The notes: generated from the sequence alone by a model not told the origin. Positions 1 to 9,565 are shown, numbered from the stretch's first letter. The stretch is DNA of 64,000 bases from an uncultured Nitrososphaerota archaeon (GCA_963701075.1 OY969559.1:1536001-1600000); one strand, 5' to 3'. Made by a program: numbers and translations.

Positions 1-36
1 CAGAACTAAATTTAGAGAACCTTGCCTTTATTGACA

Positions 37-537
37 TCAATTGGTTTTGTGTAGTTTTGGTTTTAACTTGGAGTTTTTTTTCAATAATTCCAAAGCAAGC
101 GCTTTGTTGTTTAGAGCAATGTCATATTTTTTATCAATTTTGAGGGCAGAGTTAAAACACTTGATGGCGTCCTTTAACAGACCAAGCTCCCCAAGTGACA
201 ATCCCTTGTATGCTATTGCCATAGCATATCTTGGTTGAACCTTAAGAACCCTATCATAACAATCAACTGCATCGTGATACTTACCTAGAGTATGGAGTGC
301 AGCGCCCTTGTTTACAAGCGCATCCACATTATTGGCATCTATTTCAAGGGCAGCATCGTAGCACTTGACTGATTGTTTGACTTTGCCCAAGTTTTGAAGT
401 GTAACACCTTTATTTATCAAGGCAGCCACATTGTGCGGCTCCTTGTATAAAACAAGATCATAATATTCCAAGGCAAGCGTGTACTCACCTTCTTCACACA
501 ATTCATAGGCCTCATTTAGAAGAGAGGAATTTCTCAT
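37..537 (-). CDS. TPR repeat protein
   Basis: Tandem 34-aa repeats (ALINKGxxLxxLGxY...CYDxAL). Confidence 0.9.
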   Translation of the reverse strand: MRNSSLLNEAYELCEEGEYTLALEYYDLVLYKEPHNVAALINKGVTLQNLGKVKQSVKCYDAALEIDANNVDALVNKGAALHTLGKYHDAVDCYDRVLKVQPRYAMAIAYKGLSLGELGLLKDAIKCFNSALKIDKKYDIALNNKALALELLKKNSKLKPKLHKTN

Positions 538-809
538 CTTTTCGTACTATAAAACATCAAGATATTATTCTTTTAGTAGATAGCATGTTCGTTCCCAGTC
601 AACAATTAGTTTCTTGTCCAAACTAGAAAAACATCCACTGCAATGTCACTTGTGTTAATTTACTTGCATACTACCTATTCATGCTTTAATACGATTTTCA
701 CACACATGTTGGATCGAATCATTCGTAAAATGAGTCAATTTAACAAACTAATGAATGGAAGGTTCTAAATTCACAACAGTCTTTAAGGGATTTTTAGTGC
801 GAGAGTCTG

Positions 810-1439
810 ATGCCTACAATAGTCTTCGACTTTGACGGTACCATAGCAGATACCCTATCTGTCGTGATAAAAATAGCCAACAAATTCGCTGACCATTACG
901 GATATCGTAAGATACCTCTAAGCGATCTTCCAAAACTTCGAGAAAAAAAGCCCAGCGAGGTGCTAAAGCATTTGGGAATTTCAATCTTCAAGTTACCTAT
1001 TGTTGTAAGAAAAATAAGATTTGAGATGAACAAAGAGATAGCCCACCTACAAGCTGCCGTAGAGATTAGAGACGCACTTGTAAAGCTAAGAGAGAATGGA
1101 TGTGTGCTTGGCATACTAACTACGAATTCAAGAGAAAACGTTATGGAATTTTTAAAAAATAATGATTTGCAATTGTTTGATTTTGTATATACTGGAAGGG
1201 CGATGTATGGCAAAAGTAGGTTACTCAAAAAATTGATGAAAGAGAAAACAATACCCCATAATGATCCAATTTACGTCGGAGACGAGATAAGAGATATCGA
1301 GGCTGCAAAAAAAGCAGGTATCAGAGTCATTGGCGTTTCATGGGGATACAATACAAGGACCGCACTTCAAAAGGCAAATCCTGATTACATTGTAGAAAAA
1401 CCAGAAGAGCTTCAAGTGATTATTCTAAGTAATAACTAA
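810..1439 (+). CDS. HAD-superfamily phosphatase (phosphoglycolate phosphatase-like)
   Basis: FDFDGT motif I, YVGDEIRDI motif IV, VSWGYN. Confidence 0.9.
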   Translation: MPTIVFDFDGTIADTLSVVIKIANKFADHYGYRKIPLSDLPKLREKKPSEVLKHLGISIFKLPIVVRKIRFEMNKEIAHLQAAVEIRDALVKLRENGCVLGILTTNSRENVMEFLKNNDLQLFDFVYTGRAMYGKSRLLKKLMKEKTIPHNDPIYVGDEIRDIEAAKKAGIRVIGVSWGYNTRTALQKANPDYIVEKPEELQVIILSNN

Positions 1440-1494
1440 TTGCAGATCATAGTACTAAGGTTTTTAGAGACATTGAGGGTACCACGTAATTAAA

Positions 1495-1698
1495 TTGAGT
1501 GCAGACGTTACAGAAGAAGAAAAGAAGGCACTTACTCCAGACTCTGGATTTAACCTATGTGGTATTGACTACTTTGAATCATTGGGCAGAAGGCTTTACC
1601 TAATAGAACACTACGAACGGTATCAAGACGCACTCAAGGCTAAAAAAGAAAGAGAAAATTCCAATGAATATCTCATTCTCTACAAAGGTTCTTCATAA
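1495..1698 (+). CDS. small hypothetical protein
   Basis: 67-aa ORF, AT-rich promoter-like upstream. Confidence 0.65.
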   Translation: MSADVTEEEKKALTPDSGFNLCGIDYFESLGRRLYLIEHYERYQDALKAKKERENSNEYLILYKGSS

Positions 1699-1770
1699 TT
1701 GGAAGGACAGTACTTTGATCATGAATGGTAATGAGTTCATTTAATACCAAATAATTCAGATTGTGGTTCC

Positions 1771-2061
1771 ATGTCTCTGAATCTCGAATTTAAAAAATAT
1801 TTAGAAGAAACAATTCATGGCATAATAATTGGAATCCCAACACTGAAGAAAGAATATCCAAAATTCAAAAATGATTGGAAGTTCAGTAGTGAGTTTGATT
1901 TCCTGTACGGTTGCATAGTAGGTCAGATACTTGGGACAAGCCTTACTGCCTTCAAAATGATACATGATAGGGAAGCAAAACCTGATGAAATTTTATCAAT
2001 TGGCGAACTAATAGAATCATATTTTCCTCTAATTCGCGATGAGATACAAAATGCATCTTAA
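1771..2061 (+). CDS. hypothetical protein
   Basis: 96-aa ATG ORF, normal composition. Confidence 0.7.
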   Translation: MSLNLEFKKYLEETIHGIIIGIPTLKKEYPKFKNDWKFSSEFDFLYGCIVGQILGTSLTAFKMIHDREAKPDEILSIGELIESYFPLIRDEIQNAS

Positions 2062-2161
2062 CTTGTGTTTATAATTTTGAATTTCAAAAGAATTATCTTT
2101 ACTGTAAATTCTCGCCAGGAGGTCATTTCTTTCTACAATCTTTTATACCACGATTATAATC

Positions 2162-2425
2162 TCATTTTCCTTTGACAGGTTTTGATTTTTCATACATTTT
2201 TTTGAAGATTCTAACTGCTTCAAGATGAGAACAATTTGCCTTCAAGCCTTTACCATGATGAAATTTGTAAAAATTCTTGAATCCCTCACACTCGCAAGTT
2301 TCTGAGGTTACAAAATAAGACTTTGCCAGATCACTAGAAGATTTGACCTGATAGAGATCTTCCTCTATCTTTACTACACCATCTTTAGCCAAAGCCTTTG
2401 CCTTTTTGATCGTATTTGCACTCAT
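2162..2425 (-). CDS. SWIM zinc-finger protein
   Basis: YxV...CECxGF...CSH pattern. Confidence 0.75.
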   Translation of the reverse strand: MSANTIKKAKALAKDGVVKIEEDLYQVKSSSDLAKSYFVTSETCECEGFKNFYKFHHGKGLKANCSHLEAVRIFKKMYEKSKPVKGK

Positions 2426-2542
2426 GGTTTAGCAATTAGCACCGCTTGTTAAAAAGTACTTGAAAGCAAGGTTGCCATTAGAGACCATGTTTGAATTCAC
2501 ACATTCAAAAAATATTATATCATATGAAATTGCATATCATAC

Positions 2543-2890
2543 ATGATTAGTGAAAGAATACTAAACATGGTAAACAAAGGAAAAATTACAATAAGCATAG
2601 ACGGCAAGCCCATCATGTCACTTGACAGAAATTCCAAATCACTTGATCTTGAGATATCAGGGGTTGAGAAAACTAACTTGAAATTATCCAATCTATTTGA
2701 GGCAAAAACAATCAAGGGAAGAATGTTTTTGGAAGCCTCTCAGCTAGTGAAAAAATTTACTAAAGACGGATGGATGTTTTCATTATATGACAGGGGCGAG
2801 CGCCTTCTTACTACTAGTACTCCTTCCAGATTTGGCCTGCATCTTCGCTTCAACCCCCTAAAGTTGAGACGAATATTGAGTGTCCTCTAG
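2543..2890 (+). CDS. hypothetical protein
   Basis: 115-aa ORF. Confidence 0.65.
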   Translation: MISERILNMVNKGKITISIDGKPIMSLDRNSKSLDLEISGVEKTNLKLSNLFEAKTIKGRMFLEASQLVKKFTKDGWMFSLYDRGERLLTTSTPSRFGLHLRFNPLKLRRILSVL

Positions 2891-3132
2891 CTTTTAGGTG
2901 TCAGTAGCACTACATTTTTCTTAGATGACGCCTTCTTTTCTTCTTCGGTTAATTCCCTTACATGTATAGACAGCGTTACAAGTCCATCTATTTCCAAAGT
3001 TTTTTCAATTCCTGGTAGTTTTATGTTTGTCTTTTGGAAGTTAATGTCTAGTTGCGAGTGCTTGTCAGCAAGTGATTCTATGAGACCCTCAAAGAAGCCT
3101 GCATCCATTCCTGAATCTTGTTTGCTCATGGC
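2887..3132 (-). CDS. hypothetical protein
   Basis: ORF-track frame; likely start near MSKQDS; start approximate. Confidence 0.6.
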   Translation of the reverse strand, partial: AMSKQDSGMDAGFFEGLIESLADKHSQLDINFQKTNIKLPGIEKTLEIDGLVTLSIHVRELTEEEKKASSKKNVVLLTPKS

Positions 3133-3172
3133 AGATATTATATGATTCAAAGTATTTACGCATTTAGTGACA

Positions 3173-3412
3173 TCAACACTGTGCAAGAAGTATCAATGTA
3201 GAACGAACGCCATCTATCCTTCGGATCTTTTCAGAAACGGTAGTGTTAATTTCATCGATTGTCTTTGATTCTATTTCCGCTACTATGTCATAATGACCTT
3301 CAGTACCTCGCGCTTCCTTTACTCTAGATATTGTCTTCAATTCTTCTAGTACTTGTTCCTCTTGTCCATAGTCACATGCGATCATGACATATGCAGTTGG
3401 CATAAGAAACAT
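3173..3412 (-). CDS. Lrp/AsnC ligand-binding (RAM) domain protein
   Basis: MPTAYVMI...GHYDIVAEIE...GVRSTLIL. Confidence 0.85.
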   Translation of the reverse strand: MFLMPTAYVMIACDYGQEEQVLEELKTISRVKEARGTEGHYDIVAEIESKTIDEINTTVSEKIRRIDGVRSTLILLAQC

Positions 3413-3527
3413 ACGGCATCATAATATTTCAAGGAATCTACACAAATAGAAGTAATACAGAAAAATATTGCATCAAATGTAATTTTCTGATTCACAACAT
3501 TTAATCTTATGACAAGGATTATCATTA

Positions 3528-3734
3528 TTGGAGACTATTATGGAACATGACGATGATGAATCTGAAATTCTAAAGGGAATGTTTGAAGAGATAATGAAAA
3601 TTATTCGTCAAAAACAGATCAAAATGGAATCCATTGTGCAAAGAGCTACAGAACAAGACATGATTTCTCAGGACTCATTTAACAGGATTTACAAGATACT
3701 CAGCGAATACGGCAAGAAAAAGCAGTGGATGTAA
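3528..3734 (+). CDS. small hypothetical protein
   Basis: 68-aa helical ORF. Confidence 0.6.
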   Translation: METIMEHDDDESEILKGMFEEIMKIIRQKQIKMESIVQRATEQDMISQDSFNRIYKILSEYGKKKQWM

Positions 3735-3748
3735 ATCAAATACAGGAA

Positions 3749-4201
3749 TTATGATTCCGGCCAATTAGCGCCGCATGCGTAACATATGCTTCTTACTCCA
3801 TTGTATCTCTCATCATAATATACACCACAATTCAGAGATTCACATCCCAGGCAGCTAACAAGGTTGTCAGAATCAAAAACTATGGTCTGTGATGGAAATT
3901 TGTGATTTAAAAGCACCATTATTGGGTGTGCCTTGCTCTTGTAAACAGCATATTTTCTTCCTTCAACTATAACAGAGGTATAGACCTGAATAAGATCACA
4001 TTTCTTTAGATTTTTGATCTTCTTGTATGCCAATGCTAACGAGATCTTACATTCTTTGCTTATGTCAAGGGTTGATTTTGGTGAATCAGTCAAAGATTCC
4101 AATATTTTTCTAGAATATTTATCGCCAAGAATCTTAAAGATGGTATTAACAGTGGACTCATCTTCTACTGTCTTTCCTCTGAGTATCAATTTCATATTCA
4201 T
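3749..4201 (-). CDS. ArsR-like winged-helix regulator with C-terminal Zn ribbon
   Basis: LGDKYSRKIL...ISKECKIS wHTH; CxxC...CxxC tail ending NWPES. Confidence 0.75.
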   Translation of the reverse strand: MNMKLILRGKTVEDESTVNTIFKILGDKYSRKILESLTDSPKSTLDISKECKISLALAYKKIKNLKKCDLIQVYTSVIVEGRKYAVYKSKAHPIMVLLNHKFPSQTIVFDSDNLVSCLGCESLNCGVYYDERYNGVRSICYACGANWPES

Positions 4202-4300
4202 GATGTATCACGTTTCAGCAAAGTTGCTGTTAGATTATGGTTTTAAGACTCTGAAATAAAAAGAAATCTGTAACGGCATAACTTTTCATAGATACACTAT

Positions 4301-4513
4301 GGGCATTTTTTGCCCTTGAGCATAAACTATCTGTCGATCACGATAGTCACACCAGTACAAAAGAAGAGATTTTGATGACAAACTAGGCAAAAAAATCTTG
4401 GAGAGGCACCTTTGGTAGGGACCCCCTCCAATGTGAAGGTCGCTTGCCTGCCAAACGATTGACTAAGAGATATTATTCCAATGCAAAAAAAAGGATCGTT
4501 TGGGCAAACCTTC
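4301..4513 (+). ncRNA. candidate structured non-coding RNA (multi-hairpin)
   Basis: Consecutive stems GGGCA/TGCCC, ACTATC/GATAGT, AGATTTT/AAAATCT, TTGGAG/CTCCAA and a long GAAGGT-TTGC-CCAAACGAT / ATCGTTTGG-GCAA-ACCTTC stem; no credible ORF. Confidence 0.4.
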
Positions 4514-4682
4514 GATATAATGTCCACAAATTAGCATATAGAAGTCCCTCACAACCAAAGCTTAATTTTCATAACCCTAGCTGATTTGTCAGAAGATTCA
4601 GCTTTTTGTCGGAGTGTTTTTTGCAATAATTTCGGGCGTTATTAGATGACTCATCTACAGCATGTGTGTACCAAATATACAG

Positions 4683-5063
4683 TTATAATTTCATGTTAAG
4701 ACTTTTTATCTTCTGTATAATCGCATCATGATTTGAATTTGGTTCTGTGGACAGTATGAGTAAGCCATCGTCTAAAAAGAGAGTAATCAATTTCACTTTT
4801 TCCTTGGAGGTTATCATCCAGTTAGTCTTGCCAAGTGCTTCGTTAAACATGTCTTCCCATGAAGCTTTTATGGATGCTTGATAATGGGCCATACTGCTCA
4901 GTTCTTCATCAAGCAGAGATGCAGTATTTGGGCGTCTGGCAAAAGATATCAGTTTTCTGTCTTTTATTCTGCCTACAAAGCGAACAGAGTTATCCAGCCC
5001 TAAGATCTGTACACATGAATCCATCTGCTTAAAACTTTGTGTCAATTTCAATATGACAGGCAT
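4683..5063 (-). CDS. roadblock/DUF6659-like thaumarchaeal protein
   Basis: C..IL.LD..VRFVG...F...LG.....I..EKV pattern shared with four other ORFs in the window. Confidence 0.7.
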   Translation of the reverse strand: MPVILKLTQSFKQMDSCVQILGLDNSVRFVGRIKDRKLISFARRPNTASLLDEELSSMAHYQASIKASWEDMFNEALGKTNWMITSKEKVKLITLFLDDGLLILSTEPNSNHDAIIQKIKSLNMKL

Positions 5064-5260
5064 CGAAAAGGAAATTTAATTCTATGGATGTATTATGGTT
5101 ATATAGACATGATCGCGGTAGATTCGAAAATGCCATTTATTCAAATATAAAAAATTACCACGGCCTAGGAAGATAATTAAGATGATGATCTAATTTAACG
5201 AGTATATACAATAGACAAATTCAAGATGAGATTGTTAGCCTCTTGATGTGTTTTTCAAAT

Positions 5261-5467
5261 TCATGTCCATGATTTTGGATCTTTTTTCCAGATGCGAACC
5301 CCGTCAACAAAAACCTGTTTTTCCTCTTCAAATACAGTATGCCACCTGCCATCGTGAGGAAACATAGTATTCATCTCCCGCACTTTCTCATTAGTAGGTG
5401 CCGTATTCATGAGGGCACCCCATCTCATGTTTTGGATTTTCGGCATTATTTCATTGATGTCACGCAT
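5261..5467 (-). CDS. conserved-looking small hypothetical protein
   Basis: 68-aa Trp-rich ATG ORF. Confidence 0.7.
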   Translation of the reverse strand: MRDINEIMPKIQNMRWGALMNTAPTNEKVREMNTMFPHDGRWHTVFEEEKQVFVDGVRIWKKDPKSWT

Positions 5468-5553
5468 GACTTTTCTATTATCAGGTTTCTTTTATTTGCT
5501 TTTTTTAAAAATTATGAGCTGTTTTAAGATTAAAACAGTGTAAGGCAGATTTC

Positions 5554-5799
5554 TTACTCTTCATTGATTAACATCGTAATGGTAGAGACAATCTTGTTTA
5601 CTTTTCTTATTTTACCAAGCGCATTTCTTATATCATCCATACTTGCACATTCAACTTTGACAATTATATCATACACCCCATAAACTCCTTGGATCTCACA
5701 CTTGACAGACGGGCTATCTTTTATGATTTCCTTTATTTTTGATATTATCTCAACTTCCGAATTGGGTTGACTATTTAGTAAGATGTATGCAGTTGGCAT
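5554..5799 (-). CDS. Lrp/AsnC ligand-binding domain protein
   Basis: MPTAYILLN...GVYDIIVKVE...STITM. Confidence 0.85.
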   Translation of the reverse strand: MPTAYILLNSQPNSEVEIISKIKEIIKDSPSVKCEIQGVYGVYDIIVKVECASMDDIRNALGKIRKVNKIVSTITMLINEE

Positions 5800-6087
5800 A
5801 CCATATTTAGGAATCCATACTATTTCAGTGTGGGCATATTACAAATTCATATACAATTGCATAAATTTCACACATAACAAGATAGCAATCATCGAACCAG
5901 ACAGTTAATCGCCTAACAAGATGTTCACTGGTTATGAGCATACACACCAATGTTTCTTCCTTTGGTTGCTATCTAGTATATGATACACATCCGCGAAATA
6001 AAAGACTATGGAACATACCAAGTAATCTATTTGTAATTTCAATTTCCACACAGCGAGCTTTATTACTTTGATTAACGAATAATATAC

Positions 6088-6219
6088 ATGAGAAAAGAAT
6101 TTTGCCACGTTTGTAAAGAAGGCGGCAAACAATGCGTTGATGTTGATACCAAGGGTGAAGTTTACCTCAAAATGTTTGAGGTAAAATGCTCAAAATGCGG
6201 AGCCCCCTTGGCGGTCTGA
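6088..6219 (+). CDS. small zinc-ribbon protein (43 aa, not in ORF track)
   Basis: MRKEFCHVCKEGGKQCVDVDTKGEVYLKMFEVKCSKCGAPLAV; CxxC...CxxC. Confidence 0.7.
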   Translation: MRKEFCHVCKEGGKQCVDVDTKGEVYLKMFEVKCSKCGAPLAV

Positions 6220-6294
6220 CACTGCACATCCACATTTTTGTGACTAGATTAGAAGATTACTAGTCAATTAATTCCCTACTGCAGTATATAGTCC

Positions 6295-6870
6295 ATGACA
6301 ACAATCGTAGGAATCAAGACAAGAAATGGAATAGTCCTAGGCTCAGACAAAAGAGCAAGCAAGGGATTCTTCATAGGATCAAAGATAGTCCAAAAGATTG
6401 CAAAGATAGATGAAACGCTGGCAGTGGCAATCGCAGGTCAGCTCTCTGATGCAGAATACATAATCAAGGTAGCAAAAGCAGAGAGAAGACTCATGGAACT
6501 TAGAAGAGGATTCCCTCTAACTGTAAAAGAGTCTACTAGATTGATTGCAAATCTGGCCTACTCTGGCTTGAGAAACTATCAGCCATACTATATTGAGTTA
6601 CTTGTGGCAGGAGTAGACCAACATGGTGCACATGTATATGCAGCCGATATGAGTGGTGCCATAACATCAGAAGACTTTGCCTCGTCAGGTTCTGGTTCTC
6701 CCATTGCATATGGAGTACTCGAAAGTCTATACAACAAGGAGATCAAAAATGAGCAAGCAAAGGAAATTGCTACGCGAGCAGTTGCTGCTGCAATGGAACG
6801 AGATCCAGGCTCAGGTAACGGAATAGATGTGCTAGCAATACCAATGATAACAAGGGAGGTTGCAGCATAA
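6295..6870 (+). CDS. psmB: 20S proteasome beta subunit (no propeptide)
   Basis: MTTIVGI N-terminus, SDKRAS, K33 region, GSGS, RDPGSG. Confidence 0.92.
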   Translation: MTTIVGIKTRNGIVLGSDKRASKGFFIGSKIVQKIAKIDETLAVAIAGQLSDAEYIIKVAKAERRLMELRRGFPLTVKESTRLIANLAYSGLRNYQPYYIELLVAGVDQHGAHVYAADMSGAITSEDFASSGSGSPIAYGVLESLYNKEIKNEQAKEIATRAVAAAMERDPGSGNGIDVLAIPMITREVAA

Positions 6871-7536
6871 ATGTCAGAATCTTCAAATGCTGGAAGGTTT
6901 CCTTTCTATGGACCTCAAGGCAGACTTGTTCTAGTAGACAGCGCACTAGAAGCAGTAAGTCGCGGGTCAACCACAATAGGAATCAAGACTCCAAAATTTG
7001 CCATACTTTCAAGCCAGATAAAACCTACACACCCATTGATAGAACCATCTGAGAAAATATTCTCGATTGATTACCACGTAGGTGCTACGGGTTCAGGATA
7101 CATTGGAGATATCTTGCAGTGAATTGATACCCTGAGACTGGAAGCTCAGAAACACAAATTGACATATGAAAGCCCAATAGATACAGATTCTCTGGCAAAA
7201 CATCTCAGCACTTACCTACACAACTATACAACATATGCTGTAAGACCACAGGCGGCTTCAATAATAATAGCTGGCTCAGATGAGACAGGAGTACAGCTAT
7301 ATCAGGTGGACCCAAGTGGTACTTTCTTTAGGGGTTCCGGCTTTGTCATAGGTCAGGCATCAGACATAGCACTCGATGTGGTAACAAAGGAGTATAGCGC
7401 AGACTTGACCCAGCAACAGGCCATAGATCTATCAAAAAAGGCAATAGAGAAAGCACTTGGTGAAAAACCAATTGTTGAGACAGGCATTGTTCTTGCAAGC
7501 GAAAATACGTTCCACAAGCTTCCCTTAGACAAGTAA
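6871..7536 (+). CDS. psmA: 20S proteasome alpha subunit, divergent; one in-frame TGA at 7120-7122 (probable sequencing error)
   Basis: GPQGRL...ALEAVSRGSTTIGI...EKIF...LYQVDPSG; ORFs 6871 and 7159 are in the same frame. Confidence 0.8.
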
Positions 7537-7620
7537 GATTCTCCCTACCTTCATTTTTTTTTTGCAGATATAGTCATGTATTCAGATCTATGCCAAACGT
7601 GTTATTTTACCAGATTATGA

Positions 7621-7690
7621 TTGATAAAAAAAGAGATGCGATGAGAAATTCCAATGCAAGTGACTTCTCATCGTATTCTCGTTTTATTAA
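7621..7690. other. long imperfect hairpin (candidate sRNA or terminator)
   Basis: TTGATAAAA..GAGATGCGATGAGAA / TTCTCATCGTATTCTC.TTTTATTAA. Confidence 0.55.
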
Positions 7691-7715
7691 CTGATAAAGA
7701 TATATTTTAAAAAAT

Positions 7716-7738
7716 TGGTACATTTGTAGATTGTACCA
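7716..7738. promoter_or_regulatory. operator TGGTACA-N9-TGTACCA (perfect inverted repeat)
   Basis: TGGTACA tttgtagat TGTACCA; on the minus strand N5 then TTAAAA. Confidence 0.75.
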
Positions 7739-7981
7739 TCTTGTAATCTACAAGACATAGAACGTGGACAGTAGAACTGTGTCAGATAAGCGTTCAACAC
7801 ATAGATGTCATGTATTTTTTTTGATGATTTGTACCTATAAGAGATCAATACAGCAACAATAGTAATGATATGCGTTAATGAGTAGTGATAAATAAAAAAG
7901 ACGATAACCACGTAATGAACGCCTGTTCTGACGTGGTTTTGTCGTCCTTACAAACTATCGTTCGATCATTATAAAGAATTA

Positions 7982-8016
7982 TAGTACAATCGAGGAATGT
8001 ACCACCAATATTATAA
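7982..8016 (+). promoter_or_regulatory. operator TAGTACA-N9-TGTACCA plus TATA box
   Basis: TGTACCA 7998-8004, TTATAA 8011-8016. Confidence 0.7.
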
Positions 8017-8038
8017 AAATCTCAAGCCATCATAATAC

Positions 8039-8116
8039 GTGAACGAAGAAAAAGCCATTCCAAAAGAATCTGAACAGAAGAAAAGAAAATGGTATCGGTT
8101 TTGGACCAAACAATAA
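8039..8116 (+). CDS. 25-aa basic/aromatic micro-protein (not in ORF track)
   Basis: GTG start 41 nt after the TGTACCA box; MNEEKAIPKESEQKKRKWYRFWTKQ. Confidence 0.5.
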   Translation: MNEEKAIPKESEQKKRKWYRFWTKQ

Positions 8117-8183
8117 TAAAATTGAAAAATCATTACGCAAGATCTTATCATTCTTAACAGATCAGTCACAGTAGGATTTTTTG

Positions 8184-8912
8184 TTAATTATATTGACTGA
8201 AAGAATTCAGTCTCTTCCCGCTAGACTTGTTCTGGAATACTTTGGTTATTTGCTCAAATATACGATATGCACTTACCATGGCTTCTGCCTTACTTTTGTC
8301 CCCTACAGCGTTACTCTCTACAATTGCATATCTCGATACTATCTTGAGGTTGACTTGGAACTTGTCACCATTAGTCCATTGTAACACATATCCTCCGTCT
8401 CCATCTATCAACCCTATCCAGCGTAAATTACCAAACCATTTTCCAACAAGCTTGTTTACAATTTCTTCAACCTCCACTGTATTAGGGATGTATAACTGAA
8501 GCACCTGAACAAACTGGTGTTGTTTAGATACTTTTCTAGACAAGTTCTCAAGGTCCAGTTTTGACCTCTTGACTAGAATTGACCTAAGATTCTTGCTTGG
8601 CCTATAACCTACTGCGCTTTTCTCTACGAGACCAGAATTTTCTAACCTATGCAAAGATCTTGAGAGGCTTTGTTGATGCATTCCCAGTTTTCTTGCAAGA
8701 CCATTGAAGGTATATTGGTTATCAGATAAATCATTGTCTTGGTTTAATATTGACAAAACTTTCTTGTCATTTACCTGAAAGTCATCAAGTGATATCCCAG
8801 AAGCGTCATCAATTATGAGTTGCACTATCTTGTCGTTTACCGTTATCTCTTTTTCTTCTGTTTTGTCCTCTATTTCAGTCCTGATTTCTTTGTTTTCCAT
8901 TTTTTCTATCAC
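8184..8912 (-). CDS. winged-helix (MarR-like) transcription regulator
   Basis: FNGLARKLGMHQQSLSRSLHRLENSGLVEK. Confidence 0.75.
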   Translation of the reverse strand: MIEKMENKEIRTEIEDKTEEKEITVNDKIVQLIIDDASGISLDDFQVNDKKVLSILNQDNDLSDNQYTFNGLARKLGMHQQSLSRSLHRLENSGLVEKSAVGYRPSKNLRSILVKRSKLDLENLSRKVSKQHQFVQVLQLYIPNTVEVEEIVNKLVGKWFGNLRWIGLIDGDGGYVLQWTNGDKFQVNLKIVSRYAIVESNAVGDKSKAEAMVSAYRIFEQITKVFQNKSSGKRLNSFSQYN

Positions 8913-8928
8913 ATAGTGAGCTTCTTAC

Positions 8929-9204
8929 TTATTTAAGGATAGGCAACATTATAGCGCTATCTTCCTGTCTTGTTACTATTTTTGTTAAAGATTTGTACAG
9001 TATGTTTAGTTTATTTTTTCTTGATCTTGTATTTCTTGAGCTTAGCCTTAATTTATTATTGCAACACGGACAGCGATGCAAAGGATATGAGTTTACGTCG
9101 ATGAAAACACTGCATACAGAGCACGGCCTTTGTCCTGCCACAAATCTAAACCCACCAGATGGCCTCTTTGCTGCAAACCTATTGCAAATTCCTTTACATC
9201 TCAA
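8929..9204 (-). CDS. Cys-rich Zn-finger protein
   Basis: CKGIC...CSVC...CPCC..KLR. Confidence 0.7.
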   Translation of the reverse strand: MRCKGICNRFAAKRPSGGFRFVAGQRPCSVCSVFIDVNSYPLHRCPCCNNKLRLSSRNTRSRKNKLNILYKSLTKIVTRQEDSAIMLPILK

Positions 9205-9393
9205 AAATTATCATCTTCTTTTTGACACATGTAAAAATGCACATAATTTGGTTGGATGTGACATTGATAAAGTGACTAATAGTCAATGAACCTAGTCACA
9301 TATACCGCAGATAAAGGCATCAGCGTAATGAAATCACTATGAGTTAAGAACTACTGGAACTCTTGTTTTTCTAATTTTATTCGAATTAGGAAG

Positions 9394-9507
9394 TCATTTG
9401 CATTTGCATTCAACGCAAGTACAACCGCTTCCACAAGTACATTTGCCTCCCTTATCGCATCCGCAAGTAGTTTTGTGTTGTGCACCGCATCCGCATTGTT
9501 TTACCAT
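9394..9507 (-). CDS. metallothionein-like protein 1 (37 aa, not in ORF track)
   Basis: MVKQCGCGAQHKTTCGCDKGGKCTCGSGCTCVECKCK; 10 Cys as five CxC, no aromatics; paralog at 12134. Confidence 0.85.
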   Translation of the reverse strand: MVKQCGCGAQHKTTCGCDKGGKCTCGSGCTCVECKCK

Positions 9508-9547
9508 GTGTGATTAATGAGTGAAGTGTTATATTCGAATATAGCAG

Positions 9548-9565
9548 ATTATCATTTTTGATAAT
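9548..9565. promoter_or_regulatory. palindromic operator ATTATCA-N4-TGATAAT
   Basis: Perfect inverted repeat 41 nt upstream of the MT1 ATG; counterpart at the same spacing before MT2. Confidence 0.65.

Noticed and set aside
7120-7122. In-frame TGA in proteasome alpha as selenocysteine or readthrough
   Set aside because: The position suits a hydrophobic residue (Q-L-I), no SECIS context was seen, and it fits the AGCT error pattern
9394-9507. Cys-rich peptides as radical-SAM RiPP precursors for the 25208-26156 enzyme
   Set aside because: The enzyme is more than 13 kb away and unlinked; the peptides lack a leader and sit with copA
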